From the NCBI GenBank assembly GCA_965227775.1, contig OZ245777.1, positions 1,024,001 to 1,088,000 on the forward strand: a DNA stretch of 64,000 nt, read 5' to 3'. Source of the DNA: Phycisphaerales bacterium (GTDB lineage Bacteria; Planctomycetota; Phycisphaerae; Phycisphaerales; UBA1924). Positions 54,606-64,000 of the stretch are shown piece after piece (within the stretch, counting starts at the first letter, position 1; each line of letters begins with the position of its first letter). The translations under genes and the position numbers were made by a program. The notes under the pieces are model-generated. The model was not told where the DNA came from. It saw only the letters and a list, made by a program, of their open reading frames with translations, and did not search any database.

Positions 54606-55676
54606 ATGGCCAAGCGAGAACGACGACCCGAAGTCCGATGCCGGGCGCTCTACAGCGGCGAGTTTGCGCGCACGGTTGCCGACCTGGTGTGCCCCGAGGA
54701 ACCCGACTGGCCGCTGACCGTGCTGGCGATTTCGGGTGGTGGCAAGTTCGGGGCGTTTAGCGCGGGCTACCTCAACGGCTGGACGCAGCGCGGCGATCGA
54801 CCAGTGTTCGATGTCGTGACGGGAATCAGTACGGGTTCGCTCATGGCGCCACTGGCGTTCCTGGGCACGGCCGAGGCCGACGCGGCGCTCGAGCAGATCT
54901 ATACGACCGTGACCAACGACAACGTGTACAAGAAGCGGATGTGGGTGAGCATCCCGTTCAGCAAGTCGCTGCTGAACGCCGAACCGCTCGAAGAGCTCAT
55001 CGAGACGCACATCACCAAGAAAGTCATCAACCAGGTGGCCGAGCACTGCGTCGGTCGCGGGCTGTACGTAGCGACGGTGGACCTGAGCGATACACGCATG
55101 GTCATCTGGGACATGGGCTGCATCGCGCAGGCGAAGGACTACAAGCTGTTCAGGCGGGTGTTGCTGGCCGCCGCCGCGGTGCCGATGGCGTTCCCCCCGG
55201 TCAAGATCCGCAGCGGCGTGCGCGAGGATCGCGACAAGGACCGCTGGCATGTCGATGGCGGCTTGCGCGAAAACGTGTTCTGGCGGCGCGAGCTGGCCCA
55301 GCTCTCCAAGATGCTCGAGGAGCGGCGGGGTAACTCCGGCGTGCCGCCCGCGACGCTGTATGCCCTCGTCAATGGCCAGCTGCGAACGCAGTACAAAGAG
55401 GTCGACTTTGGCTGGGTGCCGCTGCTGGGCATCGCGCGGCGGGCGGTGAGCACGATGATCAGCGAGGTTGCCATCGGCAGCCTGCAGAAGCTCTACGCCG
55501 AGACGTTCGAGGCCGGCGTGCGCTTCCGCTTCAACTATGTCCGCGAGTTCGACGGCACGGCCGAGTGGGACCAGTTCGTACCCGAAGAGATGCGTGCGCT
55601 CTTCGAGCACGGCCGCGAGCTGGGGCAGGCGGGCCACTGGGAGGATCGACCGCCGGACGAGCCCCTGGACGGCTAG
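54606..55676 (+). CDS. Patatin-like phospholipase
   Basis: SGGGKFGAF, GISTG and VDGG motifs. Confidence 0.88.
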   Translation: MAKRERRPEVRCRALYSGEFARTVADLVCPEEPDWPLTVLAISGGGKFGAFSAGYLNGWTQRGDRPVFDVVTGISTGSLMAPLAFLGTAEADAALEQIYTTVTNDNVYKKRMWVSIPFSKSLLNAEPLEELIETHITKKVINQVAEHCVGRGLYVATVDLSDTRMVIWDMGCIAQAKDYKLFRRVLLAAAAVPMAFPPVKIRSGVREDRDKDRWHVDGGLRENVFWRRELAQLSKMLEERRGNSGVPPATLYALVNGQLRTQYKEVDFGWVPLLGIARRAVSTMISEVAIGSLQKLYAETFEAGVRFRFNYVREFDGTAEWDQFVPEEMRALFEHGRELGQAGHWEDRPPDEPLDG

Positions 55677-55688
55677 CGGGCGATGGAT

Positions 55689-55741
55689 ATAGAAATTGTC
55701 TATGTAAACTGTAAGCGTCAGTAGTTGGACCAATAGGTCCA
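55689..55741. promoter_or_regulatory. Two palindromes upstream of acnA: a LysR-type box and a second operator
   Basis: ATAGA-N5-TCTAT (T-N11-A) at 55689-55703; TGGACC-AATA-GGTCCA at 55726-55741. Confidence 0.55.
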
Positions 55742-55795
55742 CGGCTGCGATACTACGTGTAGATCCCTTGGACCGCGCCCGAAGGAGACCGCACG

Positions 55796-58582
55796 ATGGC
55801 CAGCAACCCGTTCAACAGCCGCCGCACGCTCAGCACCGCCAAGAGCGGCGACTACACGTACTACGCCCTGGAGGCCCTGGCCGACCAGAACATCGGGCAC
55901 GTCAAGAAGCTCCCCTACTCCATCCGCGTGCTGCTCGAGGCGATGCTGCGCAACGTCGACGGCTTCACCGTGACGCAGGACGACGTCGCCGGGCTGGCCA
56001 ACTGGAACGCCAAGAACGTGGACAGGGTCGAGATGCCATTCTCCCCCGGTCGCGTGGTGCTGCAGGACTTCACCGGCGTGCCCTGCGTGGTCGACCTGGC
56101 CGCGATGCGCGATGCCATGAAGCGGCTTGGCGGCGACCCGACGATGATCAACCCCGAGGTCGCGTGCGACCTGGTCATCGACCACTCGGTGCAGGTTGAC
56201 GACTTCGCGACGCGCGTGGCGCTCACCATCAACGCCGAGCGCGAGTTCGAGCGCAACAACGAGCGGTACAAGTTCCTGAAGTGGGGCCAGCAGAGCCTGA
56301 GCAACTTCCGCTGCGTGCCGCCGGCGACGGGCATCGTGCACCAGGTGAACCTCGAGTACCTCGCGCGCGGTTGCCTGACGCGCACCATCAACACCGCCGA
56401 TGGCGAGGAGCGCCAGGTCTACCCCGACAGCCTGGTGGGCACCGACAGCCACACGACCATGATCAACGCGCTGGGCGTGCTGGGCTGGGGCGTGGGCGGC
56501 ATCGAGGCCGAGGCCGTGATGCTCGGCCAGCCGGTCTACATGCTGACGCCCGAGGTGGTCGGCTTCAAGATGACCGGCAAGCTCGCCGAGGGCGTGACCG
56601 CCACCGACCTGGTGCTGACCGTCACCCAGATGCTCCGCGAGTTCGGTGTGGTCGAGAAGTTCGTCGAGTTCTTCGGCCCCGGCATGGCAGCGCTCAGCCT
56701 GCCCGACCGCGCGACCATCGCGAACATGGCGCCCGAGTACGGCGCTACCTGCGGCTTCTTCCCGATCGACGACAAGACCATCGACTACCTGCGCCTGAGC
56801 AACCGCAGCGAGGAAGAGATCGAGCTGGCCGAGGCGTACGCCAAAGCCAACATGCTGTGGTGGGATGGCACGCAGGGCGACCCGGAGTTCAGCGCGGTGC
56901 TCGAGCTGGACCTCTCGACGGTGCAGCCGTCGCTGGCCGGCCCCAAGCGCCCGCAGGACCGCATCCTGCTCAAGGACGCGCACACGACCTTCACCAAGGC
57001 GCTCACCGCGCCCAACGGCCCCAAGGGCCTGGGTGTCGATGCCGACAAGGTGGGCTCGACCGCGACCGTGACGCACACCGCCGAGCGACCCGGCGAAGAA
57101 CCGGGAATGACCAGCGAGCTGCGCCATGGCAGCGTGGTGATCGCGGCAATCACGAGCTGCACGAATACGAGCAATCCCGACGTGATGGTCGCCGCCGGAC
57201 TGGTGGCGCGCAAGGCGCGGGCTCTGGGTCTGACACGCAAGCCGTGGGTCAAGACCAGCCTCGCGCCCGGCAGCAAGGTTGTGACCGAGTACTACGACAA
57301 GGCCAACCTGACCGAGGATCTGGACGCCCTGGGCTTCCAGACGGTCGGCTACGGCTGCACGACGTGCATCGGTAACAGCGGCCCGCTGCCGCCCGAGATC
57401 GAGCAGGCCATCGAGGCGGGTGATCTTGCCGTTGCCAGCGTGCTGAGCGGCAACCGCAACTTCGAGGGCCGCGTGCACCCGAAGGTCAAGGCGAACTTCC
57501 TGGCCAGCCCGCCGCTGGTGGTCGCGTACGCGATCGCCGGGCGCATCGACGTGGACATCGTCAACGAGCCGCTGGCGCAGACCGCCGACGGCAAGGACGT
57601 GTACCTGAAGGACATCTGGCCGACGCAGGAAGAGGTCAACACGCTGGTGGCCTCGTGCATCACGCGCGAGCAGTTCGCCCGGCGGTACGACGACGTATTT
57701 ACGGGCAACGAGACCTGGAACAAGGTGCCGGTCTCCAAGAGCGACCTGTACCAGTGGGAAGACAACAGCACCTACATCCAAAATCCACCGTTCTTCGAGG
57801 GCATGGCCGAGAGCGCTCCGGGCTTCGAGCCCATCGGCGGCGCGCGATGCCTGGCGCTGCTGGGTGATAGCGTGACGACCGACCACATCTCGCCGGCCGG
57901 CAACATCGAGCCCGAAACGCCCGCGGGCCAGTACCTGATCGAGAGTGGCGTCGCGCAGCGCGACTTCAACAGCTACGGCAGCCGCCGCGGCAACGATCGC
58001 GTGATGACCCGCGGCACCTTCGCCAACGTGCGCATTAAGAACAGGATCGCCGCCGACGGCAGCACGCAGCCCGAGGGCGGCTGGACGCGCAACTTCACCA
58101 AGGGCATCGACCTTGCCAGCGCACCGGTCGAGTACATCTACAACGCCGCGATGGACTACAAGCAGGCGGGCACGCCGCTCGTGGTTGTTGCAGGCAAGGA
58201 CTACGGCATGGGCTCGAGCCGAGACTGGGCCGCCAAGGGCACGATGCTGCTTGGTGTTCGTGCCGTCATCGCCGAGAGCTTCGAGCGCATCCACCGCAGC
58301 AACCTCGTGTTTATGGGCGTGCTGCCGCTGGTGTTCAAGAACGGGCAGAACGCGGCGGGCCTGGGTCTGAAGGGCGACGAGACCTTCGACATCATGCTGC
58401 CCAGCCCCATCGAGCCCGGCTGCGACGTGCCCGTGCGTGCGACCACGTCCGACGGCAAGACGATCGAGTTCACCTGCAAGTGCCGCATCGACACGCCGAT
58501 CGAGATCGAGTACTACCGCAACGGTGGCATCCTGCACACGGTGATCCGCAAGAAGTTGAATGAGGCGAAGCAGCCGGTGTGA
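55796..58582 (+). CDS. acnA: Aconitate hydratase A
   Basis: [51 protein letters not shown] and [10 protein letters not shown] motifs; AAGGAG RBS. Confidence 0.97.
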   Translation: MASNPFNSRRTLSTAKSGDYTYYALEALADQNIGHVKKLPYSIRVLLEAMLRNVDGFTVTQDDVAGLANWNAKNVDRVEMPFSPGRVVLQDFTGVPCVVDLAAMRDAMKRLGGDPTMINPEVACDLVIDHSVQVDDFATRVALTINAEREFERNNERYKFLKWGQQSLSNFRCVPPATGIVHQVNLEYLARGCLTRTINTADGEERQVYPDSLVGTDSHTTMINALGVLGWGVGGIEAEAVMLGQPVYMLTPEVVGFKMTGKLAEGVTATDLVLTVTQMLREFGVVEKFVEFFGPGMAALSLPDRATIANMAPEYGATCGFFPIDDKTIDYLRLSNRSEEEIELAEAYAKANMLWWDGTQGDPEFSAVLELDLSTVQPSLAGPKRPQDRILLKDAHTTFTKALTAPNGPKGLGVDADKVGSTATVTHTAERPGEEPGMTSELRHGSVVIAAITSCTNTSNPDVMVAAGLVARKARALGLTRKPWVKTSLAPGSKVVTEYYDKANLTEDLDALGFQTVGYGCTTCIGNSGPLPPEIEQAIEAGDLAVASVLSGNRNFEGRVHPKVKANFLASPPLVVAYAIAGRIDVDIVNEPLAQTADGKDVYLKDIWPTQEEVNTLVASCITREQFARRYDDVFTGNETWNKVPVSKSDLYQWEDNSTYIQNPPFFEGMAESAPGFEPIGGARCLALLGDSVTTDHISPAGNIEPETPAGQYLIESGVAQRDFNSYGSRRGNDRVMTRGTFANVRIKNRIAADGSTQPEGGWTRNFTKGIDLASAPVEYIYNAAMDYKQAGTPLVVVAGKDYGMGSSRDWAAKGTMLLGVRAVIAESFERIHRSNLVFMGVLPLVFKNGQNAAGLGLKGDETFDIMLPSPIEPGCDVPVRATTSDGKTIEFTCKCRIDTPIEIEYYRNGGILHTVIRKKLNEAKQPV

Positions 58583-58583
58583 T

Positions 58584-59024
58584 GTGAGCGAGGGGTCGTC
58601 AAATCTTGTGTTCGATGTCGACGGCGGTCCCTGGTGGGAGACCGCCGTCGTTGTGTGTCCAAAGTGTGGCGGACGCGCGGAGCGGAGTCGAGAGCGTCGG
58701 GCGACCTGCCCTTCGTGCGCGTGGAGTAAGGCGATAACGGCATCTGTCTACTACCCAAGCGAGCCTCGGGATCCTGTATCTGGGCTGGAACTATGGCTGC
58801 AAACGCCCTGCTGCGGGCAGGTGCTTTGGGCATGGAACATCGAGCATGTGCTCTGGATGCAGAAGTACGTACAAGCAAAGTTGAGGGCAAGACGATGGAC
58901 TGGAGGGTGGGGGAACAATTCGCTCCAAAGCCGACTGCCCAGATGGATCACGAGCGCAAAGAATCGAGAGTCTGTGCTGAGAGGCCTAGATAGACTGGTC
59001 GAGCGCGATCTCCAAACCCGATAG
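58584..59024 (+). CDS. Zinc-ribbon-containing hypothetical protein
   Basis: CPKC...CPSC...LWLQTPCCG...LPRWI; start approximate. Confidence 0.65.
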   Translation: MSEGSSNLVFDVDGGPWWETAVVVCPKCGGRAERSRERRATCPSCAWSKAITASVYYPSEPRDPVSGLELWLQTPCCGQVLWAWNIEHVLWMQKYVQAKLRARRWTGGWGNNSLQSRLPRWITSAKNRESVLRGLDRLVERDLQTR

Positions 59025-59033
59025 GAGCGCCCC

Positions 59034-59417
59034 ATGTCCGACCTCAACACCAAGCACAACCGCGTCGTCTGGTTCGACATGCCGGTGGTCGATCTCGATC
59101 GGGCCATCGCGTTCTACTCGGGGGTGCTGGCGATTGAGGTCAGCCGCGAGTCGTTTGAAGGATTCGAGTTTGGTGTGCTTGAGCACGACCAGGGTAACGG
59201 CGGGTGCCTCGTGCCGGGCACCGGCGAGGTGGCCGATGAGGGGGCGCTCCTGTACTTCAACGTCAACGGTCGCATCCGCGACGCCGTTGGGAAGGTGGCC
59301 GAGCTCGGGGGACGGGTGAAGCAGGACGTGCACCCGATCGGGCCGCACGGATTCCGGGCAATCGTGAGCGATAGCGAGGGCAACTGCCTGGCGTTGCATT
59401 CCCAGAGCGACGCGTAG
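59034..59417 (+). CDS. VOC/glyoxalase family protein
   Basis: VVWFDMPVVDLDRAIAFY...DSEGN. Confidence 0.9.
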   Translation: MSDLNTKHNRVVWFDMPVVDLDRAIAFYSGVLAIEVSRESFEGFEFGVLEHDQGNGGCLVPGTGEVADEGALLYFNVNGRIRDAVGKVAELGGRVKQDVHPIGPHGFRAIVSDSEGNCLALHSQSDA

Positions 59418-59448
59418 AAAGCGATACAGAACGAAGGAGGGTCGGATC

Positions 59449-59826
59449 ATGCGAAGGACGCGATGGATGGCGGTCGGGGGCGTGGTGCTGGCTGGTGTGC
59501 TGGCGGCCGGGCTAGGCATGGCATCGGCGGAATCGCGCGATGACCCGGTGCGTGTGTACCTCGTCCACGAGGCCCAGGCGCCCGTGCGTGGCGGCAGCTC
59601 ATCGGGCTTCAGCCACGGCATCCAGACCTTCAGCGTCCACGGCCACGGCAGTGCGACGCCCACCCAGGCGTTCGGGTATCTGAAAGACGTCGACGAGCAT
59701 TGGGTCGTGCTCGAGCAGGTCAGCGAGGTCCGCGAGGGCCTGGAGATCTGGATCCCCCGCGAGCGCGTTCAGCTCATCGAGTTCATGGATGAGACAAACT
59801 TCAAGGCGATGTCCCAGGCCCGCTGA
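59449..59826 (+). CDS. Small secreted hypothetical protein
   Basis: Signal peptide, AAGGAGG RBS, WIPRERV tail. Confidence 0.7.
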   Translation: MRRTRWMAVGGVVLAGVLAAGLGMASAESRDDPVRVYLVHEAQAPVRGGSSSGFSHGIQTFSVHGHGSATPTQAFGYLKDVDEHWVVLEQVSEVREGLEIWIPRERVQLIEFMDETNFKAMSQAR

Positions 59827-59989
59827 CGCGATGTCGCGATGAACTGGCGGGTACTACCCAGCTCTCGACATTCATTTGCAATCTTTGCGTGAGTGAGTCT
59901 CACGGTTGCCGCTCCTTCGCTCGGGACACGCCAGGGCATCAGGGTCGGGGGTCGACCCGTCGCGCCGGGCGTTCGAGGAGAAGAAACCG

Positions 59990-61852
59990 ATGATCCAATC
60001 GCATGCTCGTACGTTGTCCGCCGCCGCCGCGCTTCTTGCGGCGACGGGCCTCGCCTGCGCCCAGACCGCGCTCGTGTGGGAGAACGAGTCGGCCGGCGCT
60101 GCCGAGACCGACATCGCCGAAGATGCCTGCACCGCCCTCGGCCTGACCGTCAGGCTGATCGATGGCAACGACCAGGCCACGTTCCGCAGCGAGCTGGCCG
60201 CCGGCGGCTGGAACGTTGTCGTGGTCAACAACCCGCTGAACACCTTCGAAGCCGACACCATCACCGCCATGCGGGACTGGGTCAACGATGGTGGCCGCCT
60301 GCATGTCTCGTACTGGAATGGTGACGACCTGATGACTGGCGACATCTTCGGATTCTCCGGGGCCGTCGACTACTTCGCGCCGACGAACAAGATCGACATC
60401 GGCGACGAGTCGTGGGGCGGCGTGGGCAACCTGCTCGCTGACGTGTCGGACCCGTATTATTCCGACAATGGCGACGATCTGACTCTGACTTCCGGCTACC
60501 GGTCGGGCCTGAACAGCCCTGGTGGTGCGATCGCGACATCGGTCGGCGGCACCACGATCTACAACGCGTGGGACTACGCCTCGATGACCAGCGTTGCCCG
60601 GACCCGCGCTGGTGTTCGCAACCAGATTCGCCACCTTCTGGGCTACGACAGCGGCAATCTGGTTTTCACCGAGGCCAGCGATGGCTCACGGTGGGAGCTT
60701 GACGCGGCCGATGCGGCGTTCGGCGTGGGCCGGTATCGCCTGATCGTCGCTGACCGCGCCGAACTCGAGGATGCCGTGCGAAGCGGCGACTATGGCTGCA
60801 TTGTCATCCACGAGCCGGCCAACAACTTCGACGCTGGGTTTGAGGCCGCAATCGCGGGTGCCGTGTCACGCGGCGCCAAGGTGCACTTCTCGTACTGGAA
60901 CCTCGATGCTTCGCCCTCGCTGCAGTCAACGTTCGAGATTCGAAGCACCGTCGACTTCTTTGCGCCCAAGCCCGTGTTCAACAACACTGACCACCCCTCC
61001 TGGAGCGTCGTATCGAGCCCGGTCTCCGTTTCGAGCGACGAGTGGAACGACAACGGGGATGATCTCACCGCCGAGCCGGGCGCTCGTGTCGTCTCTCGCT
61101 TCGATAGCACGAGCGGCCCTGGCGCCACGGTCGTCAGCGGCCGCTCGCAGCGCACGCTGCTGAACGGCTTCGAGTACCAGTCCATGACTGCTACCGAGGT
61201 GGCCGACCTGATCGAGGCCCAGATCGTGTGGCTGTGCAATCCCGGCTGCATCCAGTTCGAGGATCGTGACGCGGGCGACCAGGTGAGCACCCAGTACACA
61301 GGCGTGCGATTCAACGTCAGCTCGGGCGGCCCCGCCTCGGTGTCGGACTTCACCGCCTTCTTCGGCACCAAATCGGTCGTCAACGCGACCGACGGTGGCG
61401 ACGAGAGCGATCGCGATCCGACGCTGGAGATGCGTTTCTCGCCCGCGATCGACTCGATCGAGTTCGACTTCAATAGTGCTGGCACGCCCAGCGTCGGATT
61501 CGAGTTCCCGATCCGCTTCTACCGCGGCGGCGCGCTCGTGCGGACCGAGGGCCTGCTCGAGAACGGCAACGAGTGGGACCGCGACATCCAGTTCGACAAC
61601 CTGAGCGGTGTGACCCGGATCGAGATCGATTCTGCGAACCCGACGTGGCTGTTCAGCATCGACAACATCTGCTTCGAGGCCAGCTGCCGGGCCGACTTTG
61701 ACGGCGATGGTGCGCTGACTATCTTCGATTTCCTGGCCTTCCAGAACGCCTTCGACAGCGGCGACCTCAGTGCCGATTTCGACGGCGATGGCGTGCTGAC
61801 GCTGTTCGACTTCCTGGCGTTCCAGAACGAGTTCGCCGCAGGCTGCCCGTAA
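59990..61852 (+). CDS. Secreted protein with an internally duplicated domain and GC-type dockerin
   Basis: Two copies of H.SYWN...VD.FAP...DNGDDLT; dockerin tail ending GCP. Confidence 0.85.
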   Translation: MIQSHARTLSAAAALLAATGLACAQTALVWENESAGAAETDIAEDACTALGLTVRLIDGNDQATFRSELAAGGWNVVVVNNPLNTFEADTITAMRDWVNDGGRLHVSYWNGDDLMTGDIFGFSGAVDYFAPTNKIDIGDESWGGVGNLLADVSDPYYSDNGDDLTLTSGYRSGLNSPGGAIATSVGGTTIYNAWDYASMTSVARTRAGVRNQIRHLLGYDSGNLVFTEASDGSRWELDAADAAFGVGRYRLIVADRAELEDAVRSGDYGCIVIHEPANNFDAGFEAAIAGAVSRGAKVHFSYWNLDASPSLQSTFEIRSTVDFFAPKPVFNNTDHPSWSVVSSPVSVSSDEWNDNGDDLTAEPGARVVSRFDSTSGPGATVVSGRSQRTLLNGFEYQSMTATEVADLIEAQIVWLCNPGCIQFEDRDAGDQVSTQYTGVRFNVSSGGPASVSDFTAFFGTKSVVNATDGGDESDRDPTLEMRFSPAIDSIEFDFNSAGTPSVGFEFPIRFYRGGALVRTEGLLENGNEWDRDIQFDNLSGVTRIEIDSANPTWLFSIDNICFEASCRADFDGDGALTIFDFLAFQNAFDSGDLSADFDGDGVLTLFDFLAFQNEFAAGCP

Positions 61853-61880
61853 GGCACCACTACCGAAGCCATACCCCTTC

Positions 61881-61922
61881 GCAACGCCCCCGCCGCCTTC
61901 GCGTGCGGGGGCGTTGCCATTT
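61881..61922. terminator. Strong hairpin between convergent genes
   Basis: GCAACGCCCCCGC ... GCGGGGGCGTTGC, a 13-bp stem. Confidence 0.65.
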
Positions 61923-62035
61923 CCGCGCGTGGCTCTACCGCCGACGGGCCGCGATCACGTTGTGCGCAGGTTGGTTGCGAAGCGCATCTCACGCAACGCT
62001 CGGTCGCAGCAAAAGCTCTTCGTCCGGGTAGGGAC

Positions 62036-62791
62036 CTAGCGGCCGAATGCCGAAGCGAGCCGCTGGCGGGCTTCTGGCGTCGCGAGGACCGAGGCGCTCA
62101 GATCTGCGCCCTTTGCGGCCAGGACTGCGTCGCCCGAGCCATCGAGCTGGGTGAGCAGTTGCTTGGTCGCCGCGATCGCCTGCCGCCCTCCTGCGGCCAA
62201 GTGCTGCGTGACCGCATCGCACAGGGCATCCAGCCCATCGCGGTCTTCTGCGAGCTCATCAACGATGCCCGCCTCGTGCGCAGCGGCGCCGCTCATGAGG
62301 CCGCCGCGGAGCAGGGTGGCCCGCGCACGCCCCGCCCCGATCTTGCGTACGAGCACCGGCGTCACGACCGCCGGGCACACGCCCAGGTCGACTTCCGGAA
62401 ATCCCAGCTTCGCGTCGGCGTGGCTCAGCACCACGTCGCACGCGCACGCGAGCCCGCAGCCACCACCGATGGCTGCGCCGTTTACCTTCCCGAGCACCAC
62501 CATCGGCAGCGTGCGCAAGCGGGTAGTCAGGCGGGCGATGCTGTGCAGCAGCTTGGGGGGCGCCGCCTCTTCGCCAAGTACGCTCTTGAGGTCCATGCCC
62601 GCGCAGAAGCTCTTGCCCGCGCCCGTGAGCACGAGCACGTGGGGGCCTTCAGCGCCAGAAGCAGGCAGCCCATCGAGCCCGGCGTGCAGCGCGTCGAGCA
62701 GCGGCAGCGACATCGCGTTGCGCGCGTCTGGGCGGTTCATGGTCAGCGTGGCAACAGGGCCGTCGACATCGAGCGTCGCAAGTTCAGTCAT
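62036..62791 (-). CDS. Enoyl-CoA hydratase (methylglutaconyl-CoA hydratase-like)
   Basis: NRPDARNAM, FCAGMDL, GAAIGGG and FPEVDLG motifs. Confidence 0.88.
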   Translation of the reverse strand: MTELATLDVDGPVATLTMNRPDARNAMSLPLLDALHAGLDGLPASGAEGPHVLVLTGAGKSFCAGMDLKSVLGEEAAPPKLLHSIARLTTRLRTLPMVVLGKVNGAAIGGGCGLACACDVVLSHADAKLGFPEVDLGVCPAVVTPVLVRKIGAGRARATLLRGGLMSGAAAHEAGIVDELAEDRDGLDALCDAVTQHLAAGGRQAIAATKQLLTQLDGSGDAVLAAKGADLSASVLATPEARQRLASAFGR

Positions 62792-62795
62792 GTTC

Positions 62796-63509
62796 TCACT
62801 TCTTCTCCAGGGCGGCGGCGAGCAGCTTGCGGGATTCGGCGTTGCCCACGAGCGACAGCGAAGTGGCAAGCCCGCCCTTGCCGTCGGCGGGCATCAGTTC
62901 GTTCAACCATTGCTTCGTAGCCGAGAGGGCGTGCAGCGGCTTCGCTGCAAGCTGCTCGGCTTGCTCCATCGCGCGTGCCGCCGGCTCTTCATGCAACTCG
63001 TGCACCAGCCCCATCTCGTAGCCGCGGCTCGCGTCGATGAGCCCTGGGTCGAGCATGAGCCTGCGGGCCTGGCCGGGCGCCGTCGCAACGAACGGGGCGC
63101 TCACGGCTGGCGAGATGCCCAACCGCGTCACCGGGTAGCCGAGCTTTGCTTCCGGATGCGCGACAACCACATCGGCGCCTCCCAGCAAGGCGCAGCCACC
63201 CGCGATCGCCGCGCCCTGCACGCCCATCACGACCGGGCACTGCAGATCCCGCATGGCCGCGATGCAACGCGACAGGTCAGTCAGCAGGCTGGTCAGGTTG
63301 GCGTCGCCCTCCTCGCCCACGCAAAGGGCGAGATCGAAGCCGGCGCAGAACACCTTGCCCTCGCCCAGCACCACCAGCGCATTGGCATCGCCGGCGTCCT
63401 CGAGGCGCGTTGCCAGGTCGGCCAACATGGCGGGTGTGAGCGCGTTTCGACGCTCCGGCCGCGAAAGGACGATCCGTTCTAGATTGCCGATGCGTTCGCG
63501 TGCGATCAC
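62796..63509 (-). CDS. Enoyl-CoA hydratase/isomerase family protein
   Basis: RPERRNAL, FCAGFDL, GAAIAGG; GTG start overlaps the upstream stop. Confidence 0.85.
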   Translation of the reverse strand: MIARERIGNLERIVLSRPERRNALTPAMLADLATRLEDAGDANALVVLGEGKVFCAGFDLALCVGEEGDANLTSLLTDLSRCIAAMRDLQCPVVMGVQGAAIAGGCALLGGADVVVAHPEAKLGYPVTRLGISPAVSAPFVATAPGQARRLMLDPGLIDASRGYEMGLVHELHEEPAARAMEQAEQLAAKPLHALSATKQWLNELMPADGKGGLATSLSLVGNAESRKLLAAALEKK

Positions 63510-64000
63510 GACGCGGCCCCCGCACGCGCGCGAGAGACTAACTCGTCCGCAAGGGCACCGGCCGTAGCGAGCTTGCCGTGATCGACGCCAGTCGCGAAAC
63601 CGGCTTCCTCGACCACCTGCACGAGCGTGCTCGTCGCGATGTTCCCGGGCGCTCGCTTGCCCGGCGTCGAGGCGTACGGGCATCCGCCCAGTCCGCCGAC
63701 GGCGCCATCAAACGATCGCACGCCGGCCTGCAAGCCCGCCCGCACGCAATCGGCGGCGCGGCCGAACGTGTCGTGTAGGTGCAGGTTAAGCACGGCACCG
63801 TCGATGTGGTGAAGGCCCACGATGCGCTCTGTCACGTCCTCCGGCGTTGCTTGGCCGATGGTGTCGGCGATCGATAACTCATCGACGCCAAGATCGCCCG
63901 CCAGCTGCTCCGAGACCCGCACCACCGCCTCGACACCGATGTCGCCCTCGAACGGGCACGCAAACGCGCAGCTCACATAGCCACGGAGGCCGAGCCCGTG
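63506..64000 (-). CDS. Hydroxymethylglutaryl-CoA lyase; 5' end lies outside the window
   Basis: RGYVSCAFACPFEG, SIADTIG, HLHDTFG, GLGGCPYA and GNIAT motifs. Confidence 0.92.
   Translation of the reverse strand, partial: HGLGLRGYVSCAFACPFEGDIGVEAVVRVSEQLAGDLGVDELSIADTIGQATPEDVTERIVGLHHIDGAVLNLHLHDTFGRAADCVRAGLQAGVRSFDGAVGGLGGCPYASTPGKRAPGNIATSTLVQVVEEAGFATGVDHGKLATAGALADELVSRARAGAAS

Noticed and set aside
55718..58537. 939-aa minus-strand ORF
   Set aside because: Antisense shadow of acnA. Codon bias in high-GC DNA keeps the opposite frame open, and it has no recognisable motifs.
2290..61852. Dockerin repeats as a CRISPR array or DGR template/variable repeats
   Set aside because: They are in-frame protein-domain repeats. 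There are no spacers, cas genes or reverse transcriptase, and the differences are not adenine-specific.

Overview
High-GC bacterial chromosomal window, most likely Planctomycetota/Phycisphaerales. That assignment is inferred from six GC-type dockerin-anchored proteins, DUF1559-type prepilin proteins, a PEP-CTERM-type protein and several CxxCGY...CPECG zinc-ribbon membrane proteins. There are about 58 real CDSs; most of the long ORFs in the track are antisense shadows. Housekeeping genes include dusB, a rluA-family gene, ribB(X), nuoF, uvrC, topA, miaA, trpS, ogt, acnA, HMG-CoA lyase and two enoyl-CoA hydratases. I found no rRNA, tRNA, CRISPR array, integrase or transposase. Three observations stand out. 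(1) A compact, closely coupled phage-derived operon (tandem sigma-region-4 HTH protein, ABC ATPase, GNAT acetyltransferase, terminase large subunit) is divergent from an autocleavable CI/LexA-like repressor, with overlapping promoters and a candidate operator. No capsid, portal or integrase gene is present, so it is a candidate domesticated, SOS-inducible DNA modification/packaging (GTA-like) module, and a degenerate UDG-fold gene lies nearby. (2) A shared Fur-family-like box links a heme/iron ABC importer with two distant pilin-like loci and two HEGD-domain surface proteins, suggesting a metal-regulated pilus-associated scavenging regulon. (3) Leaderless-type TAnnnT promoters lie 5-8 nt upstream of many start codons. 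Two genes carry single-base homopolymer frameshifts, probably assembly errors. All family assignments are by eye from motifs, and no database searches were run.
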